IMG/VR virus record: IMGVR_UViG_3300044656_000027
Coordinates: 1 to 64,000 of that record
Reading direction: 5' to 3' (one strand)
DNA: 64,000 bases
Origin: a virus
Taxonomy: Duplodnaviria > Caudoviricetes
In this document: positions 34,886 through 45,387 of the stretch, piece after piece
How the letters are laid out: each line of letters opens with the position of its first letter
Position numbering within the stretch: position 1 is the stretch's first letter
Notes under the pieces: model-generated
What the model was told of the DNA's origin: nothing
Seen by the model: the letters and a program-made list of their open reading frames with translations, nothing else
The model's database searches: none
Made by a program: the position numbers and the translations under genes

Positions 34886-37294
34886 TTATGGAGTTATTGG
34901 TTGAGCAAATTGTAGATTATAAGTAGATCCTAAAGGCATTACAGAAGGTAGAGCTACATTCAATCTGTTTATCTTATTGGTGTAGTTCTTGTAGTAGTAG
35001 GATCTACCAGCATTAGCACTAGCTCCAGATTCCCAGAGGTAATCATTAGTGGCTGTATTTCCATCAAAGAAACTACCTGCGGTAGTAGATTCTTCCAACA
35101 GAATATCGTCTACCCAGAAAGAGAAGTTCTGTCCTGCTCCTATGTAGTCAATGTAGTTCACATAGAAGTACAATCCCATGTCTGGTAATCCATTAAACGG
35201 AACTGTGAATGTTCCAGAAATCTGAGTCCATCCATTAACAGTGTTACCTGCGGACTTCGCAGCATTTGTACTTACAGCGGATACACCATTACCAGAGGCG
35301 GCAAAGTTCTGATCAAGACAATTCATGAATACATCTGGACAGTTAGCGCCTTGCTTTACCCATGCTGAAATCGTATAGGTGTGTCCTACCTTTAGTCCTT
35401 GGATCACAGGAATAGCTCCACCAGATAATCTGAATGGAGTTCCGAATCCCATCTGGGAATTAGATCCTCCACTGAATGTACCTGAGGCTGTAACGAAGGT
35501 CATCTTTGCAGAGCCCAAAGAGTTATAGCCTGTGGTCCCATCCCATGAAAGTGTTGCTGGGCTAGGAGACCCTGTGGTATTTGTATTTACTGCGGAATAG
35601 TAATTAATGTTTGTATTGAATCCGCCATTCCATACATAATTCACACGATCAGCCTTGATATTGATATTCAAAGTATTTGGCTGATTGAAGGTTGTCGGTA
35701 CATCCAAGTTATAAACATCTGCGCCCACTACAGAGTGGCCACTGATGTAAACCGTTTCCACCAAGTTAGACGGATTAGCGATGAAAGGAACTACAGCTAC
35801 CCATGCTGTATTAGTTGGCGCGAACTGTGGAATGGTTGCGGCTGTTTGCCAAACTCCTCCACCAGGATGCGTCATGATGGAGTAAGATGCCACACCGCTT
35901 GTTGGGCTGTTCGTAATATTGAAGTTGGCATCGTAATAAATTAACTGCGCATACCAAGTGGTATTCGCTCTAGTTGTAGACAGAGATACATATCCTACGA
36001 ACTCTTCATAAATAGTTCCATTGTGTCTTACTGGAATCAATCCCACGGTGGATGGATACGGATAGTATCCATTGTACGCTCCACCGTTAATCGATACCGG
36101 AGAGCTGCTACTGGTTAGCGCACCTGAATACTGACCGCTCAATACTGTAGTAGTTGAACGAGTCAATGTCTGCGTACCTGGTCCAGGAACAAAGTACGTT
36201 CCGTTTACATAATTGGATACGTTAGCTGTATATCTATTACTAAACCCTGGAGTGAATTCCATCTGCGCATTAGCAATGAAGTTATTGGAGGTCTCAGGAT
36301 TAGTCATGGAGTAAGTTCCTAGAGCCACACGTGCTACTGGGAAGTACGAACCATCACGATAAGCAGTAGGTACGACATACGTATTGTTTGTGCGTCCCCA
36401 GGAAGTAACTGGATTAGATACAGGAACAGTAACCGGCTGCTGATATCCGCCAGTCTGAGTAGTGATCAGAGGATCAATGGGTGTGCTACCACTGGCTAGT
36501 TGGCTGTAAGAGAAGTCAGTTAAACCGCCCTCAGGCAGCCCTAGAGTGGCTGTGAACTTGGCAGCGACGTTGAACTTGTTAGTGGTTCTCGCAGCCAGCG
36601 AGAAGGGCACTGTAGCGCTTCCTAGACCCCATGCAGAGGCAGTGTTAACCGTCTTGGCAGAAAGCTGGAGAGTAGTACCTGGCAGATTTACATTAGAGAT
36701 GTAAGCATTCTGTCCAGAATTCTCACTGCCCGTGAATCCTGCAAAGAACATAACGGTTACATTTGTGGCGTCCCAAGAATAGGGAACATTACCTAGCTCT
36801 GTCCATGTGGAACCATCTGGTGAGGTATCGAAGTGGAATAGAATTCCATCATTACGAATACGCCAGAAGGCATGGGACGTAGGATTGTATGCAGGCATTG
36901 CAGAGCTTGGATAAACAATGTTGTTATTGTTTGATCCGAATGCGGAGAATACACCCTGTGGTCCTACAGCCATTTCTACATAGTTAATCGCGTCAAACTT
37001 AACCACAAGGGCAGTCTGAATATTACCCCCACCAAATGGGGCAGGGGTAACCTTTGCAAAGAAGCTGTCGTAAGAAATGTCGTAGCCCGAAGCACCCACA
37101 TAGCTAGGTGTAGAGGTGGCTTGTACGTAGCTGGCTCCAACGATTGGATCGAAGCCATAGGTACCGCTTACTGTATTCCATTGAGGATTCAGTAATTCGA
37201 AGGTACCACCATAGCCTCCCTGACCGAATTGGAAAGCTCCAAAACCGTCAGGGAGGAATACATCAATAAGTGTATGTGCTTTTGGTGTCGCCAT
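34886..37294 (-). CDS. Tail fibre / minor tail protein with carbohydrate-binding-like domains
   Basis: 802 aa, T/S/G/N-rich; GHTYTISAWVK and FWVDDILLE jelly-roll motifs; last gene of the baseplate cluster. Confidence 0.75.
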   Translation of the reverse strand: MATPKAHTLIDVFLPDGFGAFQFGQGGYGGTFELLNPQWNTVSGTYGFDPIVGASYVQATSTPSYVGASGYDISYDSFFAKVTPAPFGGGNIQTALVVKFDAINYVEMAVGPQGVFSAFGSNNNNIVYPSSAMPAYNPTSHAFWRIRNDGILFHFDTSPDGSTWTELGNVPYSWDATNVTVMFFAGFTGSENSGQNAYISNVNLPGTTLQLSAKTVNTASAWGLGSATVPFSLAARTTNKFNVAAKFTATLGLPEGGLTDFSYSQLASGSTPIDPLITTQTGGYQQPVTVPVSNPVTSWGRTNNTYVVPTAYRDGSYFPVARVALGTYSMTNPETSNNFIANAQMEFTPGFSNRYTANVSNYVNGTYFVPGPGTQTLTRSTTTVLSGQYSGALTSSSSPVSINGGAYNGYYPYPSTVGLIPVRHNGTIYEEFVGYVSLSTTRANTTWYAQLIYYDANFNITNSPTSGVASYSIMTHPGGGVWQTAATIPQFAPTNTAWVAVVPFIANPSNLVETVYISGHSVVGADVYNLDVPTTFNQPNTLNINIKADRVNYVWNGGFNTNINYYSAVNTNTTGSPSPATLSWDGTTGYNSLGSAKMTFVTASGTFSGGSNSQMGFGTPFRLSGGAIPVIQGLKVGHTYTISAWVKQGANCPDVFMNCLDQNFAASGNGVSAVSTNAAKSAGNTVNGWTQISGTFTVPFNGLPDMGLYFYVNYIDYIGAGQNFSFWVDDILLEESTTAGSFFDGNTATNDYLWESGASANAGRSYYYKNYTNKINRLNVALPSVMPLGSTYNLQFAQPITP

Positions 37295-39670
37295 TTACAA
37301 TGCTCCTGTTGCTGAATACTTCTGAATAAGTCCGAACTGATTACCGGAGGTAGGACCAGTAGTTCCACCAGGATTCAGAGGAATCCATGTTCCCAAGCCG
37401 TCTCTGGCGTATGCATACACAAATACAACGTTGTTCGCTGCCACAAGGACCACCATGCGGTCACCAGTCTTCAAGCGTGACCAGGTGGCCATGGAGGTTT
37501 CTACTCCAGCCACTACCTTCCATAATGTAGTTCTTGTAGCGTACCAGAAGTTGTTAGCATCTACCCATGCGAATACAATTCCATGAGTCTTGTGTGCCGT
37601 ATCTACAAAGTCATTTGCGAAAGTTACACAGTAAAGACCTTGCTGTGCTCCGACTCCACCGTTATTCAGTAACGCATAACTGTACGTAGTGGTACCTACG
37701 ATAGACTGGTTAGCCGCAGCCATACCATACTTGGTGTACCAAGCACCGTTAGTCAAAGGCGTCTGAGCCCATGCACTAGAGTTTGCCAAGCTGTAATTAA
37801 GCAGGGCAGGCTCAGATGTCTGACCTAGACTAGCTACATCATTCTGGAATCTAGCGGTAAGGCCAACACCAATAGCAAAGACGTTTCCTCCACCTTGGAT
37901 AACATTTCTGGCCTGGTTAACAGAGCCGTCATAGAACAGCACGCTAGAGCTAGCTGTTGACGCTCCCTGAGCATTGGTGGACTTAGCCAAGTATGCAGAG
38001 ACATTGAGCATTTGCTGTACTGGACCAATGCAAATCCAATACTTAGTGGAATAGTAGTATCCAGAGGGCTGCTGATTGATGTGATTCAAAGCGGCTTGAT
38101 AAAGAATACCCTGATACTGAACCTGCTGACCTGCTACATAAGAAATAGTGGAACCCCAGGATACAGGTTGAATGAGTGGAGCTCCATCCTTAATATAGTT
38201 CGGCTGATCTGTTACAAGCGGTGCTGAATACTGGAAGGGTCTCCAATAAGCTTCATTAGTTCCAGGCGTAATAGCTCCTGCTGTTGTAGCAGGACCAGAT
38301 GCCTTAACGCACTGATAATAAATGCTGTTCAAAACTACATAATTATTGATCACATAGTTTGTACCGTTAGTCCATGTTGGTGTAGTAATTGAACTGGCAG
38401 AGTAGAAGGTCAATCCTGGTTGCGCTGAATTCGGTACAGCAGCGAGAGCATTCATAGTGTTATTACCAGGAACGGAAGGATTAGGTAGTCCCGTTGCAAT
38501 TCCGTTATAGGTAACAGCAATTGTAGAACTTGCAGCCCAAGTGGAATAGTGTGTGGTAGTTGGATTGTACAGCGTCGTGGTATCGAACGTTTGTATCTGT
38601 ACCTGCCACCAAGTATTACTGGAGTTAGTTCCAGTAGGAGCCTGAGCAGTACCGGTTGCCTGTACCAAACACTTGTAGTTGTAGTTTCCATACTGAACAA
38701 GTGCGTTCACCTGATAAGTGGTATTCGCATTCCATGTTGGATTCAGCGGATGCAGGAAGTTAGCCTGATCAGCAGAGACATACAGGTTGGAGGTCTCTGT
38801 GATAGTAGAATCCCATCCTGTAAGCTGCGCTACAAGGTTGTGAATGGACTGTGGTTCTCCACGTAGCTGATAGTTCGTCGTAGCTGTCTTAACGCGCTGA
38901 CGACGCTGCTGTGGCGTTGCCATGTAATCGGTAGCAAGACCCAACTGCTGCCCAAGAATATCTAGATCGGTAGCAGATACTACGTCTGGATTATTCAGGT
39001 TAAGGAAACTGTCGTATCTATTCTTCAAGGTATCCAAACCAAATCCCAGAACGTTCAAGTAGTTCTGTAGAGAAGGATTGTCTACTGCTGTATTGCCGAA
39101 AGTATCGGACCCCGCAATCTTATATGGTTGTGGGGTTCTGTTGTATAGCTGATTACCATAACCCTCATTGGCGAGAGCCAGGTTGGCAGCATATCCAGCA
39201 GGATTCCAGGTAGGCACATATGGACCCGTGGCCCACCACACACCACCCTGAACAGGCGTGTTGTTAGTGTTGGATGCCTGCAAGCTGGTCCAGTATTGTC
39301 CATTGTAAAGAACCTGATAGTTCGCAGGGTAAGTAGTTCCGGAATTCCATGCTGGCGCTTCGGCAGACAGGAAGATCGCGTAGTAATAGATCAGTCCGGG
39401 TGTCAAGCCAGTATCGTCATAAGACTTCTGAATCGTAGACGGAGTGAACTGCTGTAGCAGTGTTCCGTCTAATGGAGTAGTCGGATAACCATACTGGCTA
39501 CGAACCAGCTGCATGTACTTCCAGGAAGTTGCATTGGGGGCATTCCACGATAGCGTGATCTCCCCATAGTCTGCCTGTGTTGCAGTGAAGGGAGTTACGC
39601 TGTAGTCAATTGGCTGTGAGTATCCATAGAACGGAATTCCATAGATATCAACACCAAATCCTTGGCTCAT
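37295..39670 (-). CDS. Baseplate wedge/tail protein with four CBM5/12-like modules
   Basis: Repeated W...T.Y.....V.Y.G..Y.......N..P.....W; central LDILGQQLGL segment like P2 gpI. Confidence 0.75.
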   Translation of the reverse strand: MSQGFGVDIYGIPFYGYSQPIDYSVTPFTATQADYGEITLSWNAPNATSWKYMQLVRSQYGYPTTPLDGTLLQQFTPSTIQKSYDDTGLTPGLIYYYAIFLSAEAPAWNSGTTYPANYQVLYNGQYWTSLQASNTNNTPVQGGVWWATGPYVPTWNPAGYAANLALANEGYGNQLYNRTPQPYKIAGSDTFGNTAVDNPSLQNYLNVLGFGLDTLKNRYDSFLNLNNPDVVSATDLDILGQQLGLATDYMATPQQRRQRVKTATTNYQLRGEPQSIHNLVAQLTGWDSTITETSNLYVSADQANFLHPLNPTWNANTTYQVNALVQYGNYNYKCLVQATGTAQAPTGTNSSNTWWQVQIQTFDTTTLYNPTTTHYSTWAASSTIAVTYNGIATGLPNPSVPGNNTMNALAAVPNSAQPGLTFYSASSITTPTWTNGTNYVINNYVVLNSIYYQCVKASGPATTAGAITPGTNEAYWRPFQYSAPLVTDQPNYIKDGAPLIQPVSWGSTISYVAGQQVQYQGILYQAALNHINQQPSGYYYSTKYWICIGPVQQMLNVSAYLAKSTNAQGASTASSSVLFYDGSVNQARNVIQGGGNVFAIGVGLTARFQNDVASLGQTSEPALLNYSLANSSAWAQTPLTNGAWYTKYGMAAANQSIVGTTTYSYALLNNGGVGAQQGLYCVTFANDFVDTAHKTHGIVFAWVDANNFWYATRTTLWKVVAGVETSMATWSRLKTGDRMVVLVAANNVVFVYAYARDGLGTWIPLNPGGTTGPTSGNQFGLIQKYSATGAL

Positions 39671-39680
39671 GCGTTACTCC

Positions 39681-40358
39681 TTATAGGTTGTTAACAGTAG
39701 GTGCATCACGCTCGTAGGTGATAGACATGAATGCGGTTGCAGTAATTCCAGTAGTTAAGCAGTTCTGGTATGCCTGCATATTGACGGAGACTCCCTTGGT
39801 CCACGGGAAGGTAAGGGATGCGGCCTGGTGATTAGAACGCTGCCAACCCTGTGGGAAGAAGCCAATAGTGTCTACAATCTCCCAGTTCTGTCCAGCCTGT
39901 AGAGCCTTAATGCCAAGAGCACCAGAGCGATCGAAAGCAGGTTGCTGGTTATCAGCGGGAAGATTGTCCGCATGCCATCTGATATAAATATCAAAGCGGT
40001 ACACACCTGTTCTTGGACATGTAAGGTTTGGACCGCCTGTAAACATTCCGTGAGTGTCCCAGGTCACAGCAGACCAGTTCATTGTCTTTGACTGGTTGTA
40101 AGGAACTACTACATTGTGCAGGTGTGCATTTACATAAGGCTTCGATACCCCTTGGCGCACAGCAGTAATTCTATTACTAACTGAGGACCACTTGTTAACT
40201 TTGCCGTCAATGGTGTCCCACATTGGATTAGGACCCAGTGTGTTTTCCAGTGCGGTTACTTCATCATAAAGAACATTGACATCGGCTGCGTCTACGATAT
40301 TCGTAAAGTCCGTTCTGTAATTGAACTTCTTTATCGCTGCCGGATAAATCGCTACCAT
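39681..40358 (-). CDS. Minor tail protein
   Basis: VDAADVN.L.DEV.ALE..LG anchor; C1q-like WDTHGMF...CPRTGVY. Confidence 0.7.
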   Translation of the reverse strand: MVAIYPAAIKKFNYRTDFTNIVDAADVNVLYDEVTALENTLGPNPMWDTIDGKVNKWSSVSNRITAVRQGVSKPYVNAHLHNVVVPYNQSKTMNWSAVTWDTHGMFTGGPNLTCPRTGVYRFDIYIRWHADNLPADNQQPAFDRSGALGIKALQAGQNWEIVDTIGFFPQGWQRSNHQAASLTFPWTKGVSVNMQAYQNCLTTGITATAFMSITYERDAPTVNNL

Positions 40359-40367
40359 TAGGACTCC

Positions 40368-41903
40368 TTAGAATGGTGAGGCGCTGACGTTTACTACGAT
40401 AGTACCAGCGCTAGGTAGCTCATTCGGACGAAGGAGAATATCATTTGCACCAGTCTGAGAGGTGGCATCGTTTCTTACTAGCAGAGGAATATTCACATAC
40501 TGTACGCCTGGAATATTGTACAGAGCTGAGTAGAAAGCAGACAATGGAACACGTGCTCCAAGTGTTGCGTTCGCAGTAGAGAATAGATTCTGAATAGCCT
40601 GAACGGCTGCCGTCTGAATTGTTGAAGGTGTGTAGCGAGAACTACAAGTAATAACTACAGGTGAAGAGTTGTTGCCTACGTTAATTGGGATCAATGAACA
40701 TGGGGCAGCAGCCACTACAGTTCCCGCCAATGCTCTCGCTTGTAGATATGTGGTTACAGAATCCAAGATAGCCTGAGTAGGAATAGTGTTTCCTGTAGCA
40801 GCCACATAGCAGGTCACATTGGAATAGCTGTTAGCCACTGCGTTGGCCTGTGAGACAGCCGGAAGAGCCAGAGCAAGGTTTCCATAGTCCTGTAGCGTTA
40901 CGGCTCTCTGCTGGGCTGTGAAGCTCTTTGGTGCGTTGACTCTGATGTGGTCGATGGTTTCTGCGTTCGCTCCACCAGTCGTCTGGGAAGATCCAGAGAT
41001 GGTGATACCTAGGATTGGGGAAGCGATATCCACAATAGAGTTAGCGGTCAAGTTACCAATGGTTCCTCCACCCACACGATAGTTCGCATAGATAGCAAGA
41101 CCAGCAGGAGGGATGAACCCATTAATACCATCACCAAACTGAATCGTTACTACACCATTGGCGTTCGTAGAATCAGACCAAGCAAGATCAGATCCTAGAG
41201 AGGACTGTAGAGAATTCACCTGGTTCCATGGGACGATTGGATCTGATCCTGGAGTAGCAGGGTAGTTTGGATTCTGTACATAGATAGTGATAGAGCTCTG
41301 GATAACAGGATTGTTAGCCAGGTTGAATGTTTGTAGCGGAGCACCCGTAGAAGTACCCAGTAACTCTGTAGTAATAGAGGTAGGTGTGCTAGTTGAATTT
41401 CCGATAGTGAATACAGCAGAACCCTGAGTCACACCCTGAATAACGGGGATAGCAAGAGTTCCACCATTACCAGGAACAGTACCCGTAGCAGTAGTTTCGA
41501 ATACAAGTGGACCATTCAAGCTGGTGATGTAGTTAGTAGTTACCTGCGTAGCAGCCGGAACAACTACAGCGGCCCCACCAGGATTGGTTTGGAAAGTTAC
41601 TGTACCCGTAGCGGCTAAAGCTGGTCCCGGAGTATATCCGAGTAACTGAGCTAATAGGATTACAGACTCTAGTTGAGTAGCAGTACCAATATATGACTCT
41701 CCTACAATGCGATCACCGTAGTAGCTCAAGACATCAAGCTCTCGCGCCAAAGACTCCAAGAGCATGACTTCAAGAGCGCCTGGATTCTGATTGGTCCATT
41801 CAGGGAACGCCACCTTGGCGTACGCCATCATGGCATTGAGAAAGCCTGTGTAGTCCTTCCCGGTGTAATCAATAGCGGGAACTCCCGCACTAACTTGCGC
41901 CAT
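40368..41903 (-). CDS. Baseplate wedge (gpJ/gp6-like)
   Basis: IDYT.KDY, PEWT, FGDG.NG.IP, YRVGGG..GN, GGA.AET and RAVT..DY. Confidence 0.92.
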   Translation of the reverse strand: MAQVSAGVPAIDYTGKDYTGFLNAMMAYAKVAFPEWTNQNPGALEVMLLESLARELDVLSYYGDRIVGESYIGTATQLESVILLAQLLGYTPGPALAATGTVTFQTNPGGAAVVVPAATQVTTNYITSLNGPLVFETTATGTVPGNGGTLAIPVIQGVTQGSAVFTIGNSTSTPTSITTELLGTSTGAPLQTFNLANNPVIQSSITIYVQNPNYPATPGSDPIVPWNQVNSLQSSLGSDLAWSDSTNANGVVTIQFGDGINGFIPPAGLAIYANYRVGGGTIGNLTANSIVDIASPILGITISGSSQTTGGANAETIDHIRVNAPKSFTAQQRAVTLQDYGNLALALPAVSQANAVANSYSNVTCYVAATGNTIPTQAILDSVTTYLQARALAGTVVAAAPCSLIPINVGNNSSPVVITCSSRYTPSTIQTAAVQAIQNLFSTANATLGARVPLSAFYSALYNIPGVQYVNIPLLVRNDATSQTGANDILLRPNELPSAGTIVVNVSASPF

Positions 41904-42309
41904 TTAGTGTTACCTCCGTAACGGTTCCTCCAACCTCTACGGTCACCATGTGAGCCACAGAGCTAGTACGTGAAGCCTGGAGAATTGGTTGATAGTTTAC
42001 ATTGATGGAGGCAGACCCTCCGCCACTGTCCTGTACGTTTTGTGTCACGGAGACAGCCTTGATACCTGGCTCATATCTGGTGAGCTGAGCATCAACCAAG
42101 GTAGCCAGGTTAGAAGAGATTACATCGTTGCTAGGAGCAAAGAGCATCTGAGACAAAGGAAGCCCCAAGCCAGCACGCATAGCGCGCCCGCCTTGTTCGG
42201 TGGACACGAGTGCATTTACTCTCTGAGCTACCTGAGTATCAGGATCAGATTCCGTAGATACCGCTCCGTTCTGGAGAACTGTAAACGGTATTGTCATTTG
42301 AATTCCCAT
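41890..42309 (-). CDS. Baseplate wedge gp25/gpW-like
   Basis: IPF....G.V, ST..G.R.MR...G and L.RYEP.I. Confidence 0.8.
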   Translation of the reverse strand: MGIQMTIPFTVLQNGAVSTESDPDTQVAQRVNALVSTEQGGRAMRAGLGLPLSQMLFAPSNDVISSNLATLVDAQLTRYEPGIKAVSVTQNVQDSGGGSASINVNYQPILQASRTSSVAHMVTVEVGGTVTEVTLNGAS

Positions 42310-42323
42310 AGCTATATTATCCC

Positions 42324-43076
42324 TTAGATTTGGTACGTGATATTCACGTTCATGACGGAACCAGCCACCCAAGAATACGCAGGAGTACCAGGAGTTACCC
42401 AACCAATGTCAGTCTGTCGAATAGCGAATACAGTCATATTGTTGCTGTTAGGTCCCAGCCAGGTATTGAGTGGATGCCAGGCATTACCACCAGTAGGATT
42501 GTATCTGCCATTACCAACCCAGCCGAAGTTTCCGTTAGGCACATTAGTGGAAGTAAACGGAATAGTTACAGTGATATTTCCCGTTCCAAGAGAAGTACCT
42601 GTTCCACCAATCAGCATAGCGGAAACAAATACAGTTCGTCCACTAAGCTGATAGTAACCTTGTGCGGTAAAACCAGTTCCTAGAGCAGACAGCCCAGACC
42701 ATGTTGGCGTGTAAGAGTACCAAGGAGTATACACAGACTGCCAGGCTGTCCCATCATATACTTCCAAATCATTGATATCAGTTGCAAAAGCTAGCTGTCC
42801 CGCATATGGCGTAGCTGGCAAAGTAGAGGATGTCACCGTTGCTGGCACAGCCTGATTGGTAAAGTACACAGGCTTGGTAATGTCCCCACCACTGAAAGCA
42901 ACCCAAACTGTAGAACCCACAGGAGGAATTGGCTCTTGAGGATTAGCCGGTTCGGCAGAACGAATCTCTGCGGTACCTGCAATTTGTGGACACTGGACCC
43001 TGATCAAACCCTTATTTGTTGGATCAGTATTACTAGTTACCAGTGATCTATATAGTGCATCATACTTAGGTTGCAT
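42324..43076 (-). CDS. Baseplate spike (gp5/gpV OB fold) with a fibre-like C-terminal domain
   Basis: YR..V..N.DP...G.IRV.CPQ and P.VG..VWVAF.GGD...PVY. Confidence 0.8.
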   Translation of the reverse strand: MQPKYDALYRSLVTSNTDPTNKGLIRVQCPQIAGTAEIRSAEPANPQEPIPPVGSTVWVAFSGGDITKPVYFTNQAVPATVTSSTLPATPYAGQLAFATDINDLEVYDGTAWQSVYTPWYSYTPTWSGLSALGTGFTAQGYYQLSGRTVFVSAMLIGGTGTSLGTGNITVTIPFTSTNVPNGNFGWVGNGRYNPTGGNAWHPLNTWLGPNSNNMTVFAIRQTDIGWVTPGTPAYSWVAGSVMNVNITYQI

Positions 43077-44298
43077 AGATATTTGCTCCCATGTTACTTG
43101 AGACCCATACGCCGCCAATGAGCTTGGCAGGTACAGTCTGTGTTACGGAGGATGTTTCGGACAGTGCAGAATTCAATGTCGTGTAAACCTGATCTCTGCC
43201 CAAGCAAGTATACATTCTATAGTCTGCATTCTGCGGAACAAAACCAGGGAGCGGCATGGTCAGGCAATGCTCTACTTCTTCCACAATCCATGTACCCGCC
43301 TCGTTCTGTGGCAGAGCATTTCCAACTAGGTTCACGAGAGTATTTGGTTTTACTCGCGCGTCTCCATATAACTCAGCCTTAGCAGTATTCCAATATAGAT
43401 TTCTGTTGAAGTCCGCTTGAGCCTTCTGGCTTGCTTCGTAGTAAGACTCGGCAGGATGCTCATTGTAATACTGAGTAATTACTGGAGCAATGGTAGAGGA
43501 GTCAGTAGCGGAGACCGTTAGATTAGGACTGACCTGCGCCTGAGTAATCTGATTGGTTCTAGGATTCAGACCAACCACGTTACGGCTAGCGGAGATTCCA
43601 CCATCAGGAGTGATCGTTCCTACGACTGGCTGAAAGTCTCTGATGGTATCCCATACACCTGGCAGATTGTGTGACCAGAACTCTGGGATATTTCTGATGT
43701 TCCCTCTGTCGAGAATGAGATTAGGATTTACGAAATATAGATCAGTGTTGTCTACATAGAACTTGTAACCGATTTCATGTGCCAACTGGTTGAGGAACAT
43801 GAAGTCAGAAGAGTTCTGGAGACGATACTGAATGGCCGCAGGGTAGGAATGGATGATGGAACGCATACCATTCTTGATCGCGATGTTACCTGCGATTGTA
43901 GAAGGACTAGTGTTCTTCCATGCGATATTACGGGTACTCTGCATTACCTGAGAACTACCAATGATCGTGTACTGAACAGTAGTAGTTGTCAGGTTGTTGT
44001 ACCCGATGTCCTTACCCGTTCTGATCAACTTGTAGGAAGCTGTGTATCCCACGAAGGAAGACAGAAAGTGTGGACGCATCCCATAGTTGATCTGGATAGG
44101 AGTATGCTCCGGTAGATACTGCCAAGAGTTGTTCTTGGCGTTCTGCAAGTATTCACCCACATACATAACATCCAGAAAAGCAACAGCGTGAGCGTTGGTC
44201 TTCTGGATGATACGCACCTTAGGCGTGTACTGTGTGAGCTGCGTGTTTCCGTTATAGAACACCTCAAAGTACGGTACGGAAGGTAAGTTACTAAGCAC
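43066..44298 (-). CDS. Baseplate hub (gp27/gpD-like)
   Basis: SDF.FL.QLA..IGY, A.LYGD..VKP and G.W.V..V.H. Confidence 0.8.
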   Translation of the reverse strand: MLSNLPSVPYFEVFYNGNTQLTQYTPKVRIIQKTNAHAVAFLDVMYVGEYLQNAKNNSWQYLPEHTPIQINYGMRPHFLSSFVGYTASYKLIRTGKDIGYNNLTTTTVQYTIIGSSQVMQSTRNIAWKNTSPSTIAGNIAIKNGMRSIIHSYPAAIQYRLQNSSDFMFLNQLAHEIGYKFYVDNTDLYFVNPNLILDRGNIRNIPEFWSHNLPGVWDTIRDFQPVVGTITPDGGISASRNVVGLNPRTNQITQAQVSPNLTVSATDSSTIAPVITQYYNEHPAESYYEASQKAQADFNRNLYWNTAKAELYGDARVKPNTLVNLVGNALPQNEAGTWIVEEVEHCLTMPLPGFVPQNADYRMYTCLGRDQVYTTLNSALSETSSVTQTVPAKLIGGVWVSSNMGANIYAT

Positions 44299-44572
44299 GT
44301 GGCACTCTTATCTGTTGTCCGGGCTGAACGGAATTCCAGAATAGAACTTCCGGATTCGCGTTAGCAATTCTCCACCACTGAGTTTCGTCTCCGTATGCAG
44401 AGAAGGCAAGATATTCTATTTGATCCCCAACCTTCCATGTGTAGATAGAGACGTTATACGTTACAGCTTGATCTACAGGTTCAATGATAATCGTAGGCTT
44501 CACTACGCCATTGCTTCCCTGGATAGCCACTACCGTGTTGTCGGCATAGCGACTGAATGGACTAATAGCCAC
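44291..44572 (-). CDS. LysM-like baseplate protein (gpX/gp53-like)
   Basis: SRY; GD....LA...YGD...WWRIA.ANP...PG..IRVP; GTG start behind TAGGAG. Confidence 0.8.
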   Translation of the reverse strand: MAISPFSRYADNTVVAIQGSNGVVKPTIIIEPVDQAVTYNVSIYTWKVGDQIEYLAFSAYGDETQWWRIANANPEVLFWNSVQPGQQIRVPRA

Positions 44573-44580
44573 GATAACTC

Positions 44581-45387
44581 CTATCCTACAGGGTTGAGCA
44601 AATTGGAATCGGTGATTGGAAGGATATTGAATTGAATATCGATACCACATCTCTGAGGGACCATTGCCGAAGTAAAGTGTGTCCACGTTACGTCAAAGCC
44701 AGTAATGAAACCATAGTAGGACAGTGACCACTGGTTGGTGGCTCCAAAGAACAGGTGGACAGGCTGCACAGACATTGGTCCTGCTTGCACAGTTACATTA
44801 GCTGATGCCTGAGCACCACCCGTACCAGCTCCGGTAGATGCAGTAGACGTAGCAGGAGCGTTAATACCTAAGAGGTTGTACATAGCTTCTACGTCTACAC
44901 GGACCCCATACTTACCGGCGTCAGTGCTGGCGTATCCACTATCCCATAGTTCAAAAGTTCTGTCGAACAATAGAGAGAATCCTAATGTTGCATTAAGAGG
45001 AACCTTGAACGCCCCGGGATCTCCCTGTACTCGATACTGAGATGGGAGTGGCGTATTGTTCAGGTCCAAGTTACGGGACTCAGCAATAGTGGAAGGATTG
45101 TATAGGAAGTTCACCTGGCGAATAATGCTATGTGTTTCCTTAGCTCCACTAGTAAGGGGAGCCAAGTCAGTAATGAGTCTTCCTCTTTGGAGATTGCCTC
45201 CAGAGTTATATCCGAAACCACTAGCCAAGGGGGGATCAACAGATCGGTTGGTCCCCGCCTTGTAGCTATTGGTTATATTCAAAATGTTTGGGTGGAACGG
45301 GGGATTACTAAAGATAGTAGTCCCCGGCGTTCCTGATAAAGCAGGATACGGAGTACCCTGAATTGGTGCATTAACTGGTGTTGACAT
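44581..45387 (-). CDS. Tail tube initiator
   Basis: FLYNPSTI, LLFDRT and YG.I....V..THF...MVP.R. Confidence 0.75.
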   Translation of the reverse strand: MSTPVNAPIQGTPYPALSGTPGTTIFSNPPFHPNILNITNSYKAGTNRSVDPPLASGFGYNSGGNLQRGRLITDLAPLTSGAKETHSIIRQVNFLYNPSTIAESRNLDLNNTPLPSQYRVQGDPGAFKVPLNATLGFSLLFDRTFELWDSGYASTDAGKYGVRVDVEAMYNLLGINAPATSTASTGAGTGGAQASANVTVQAGPMSVQPVHLFFGATNQWSLSYYGFITGFDVTWTHFTSAMVPQRCGIDIQFNILPITDSNLLNPVG

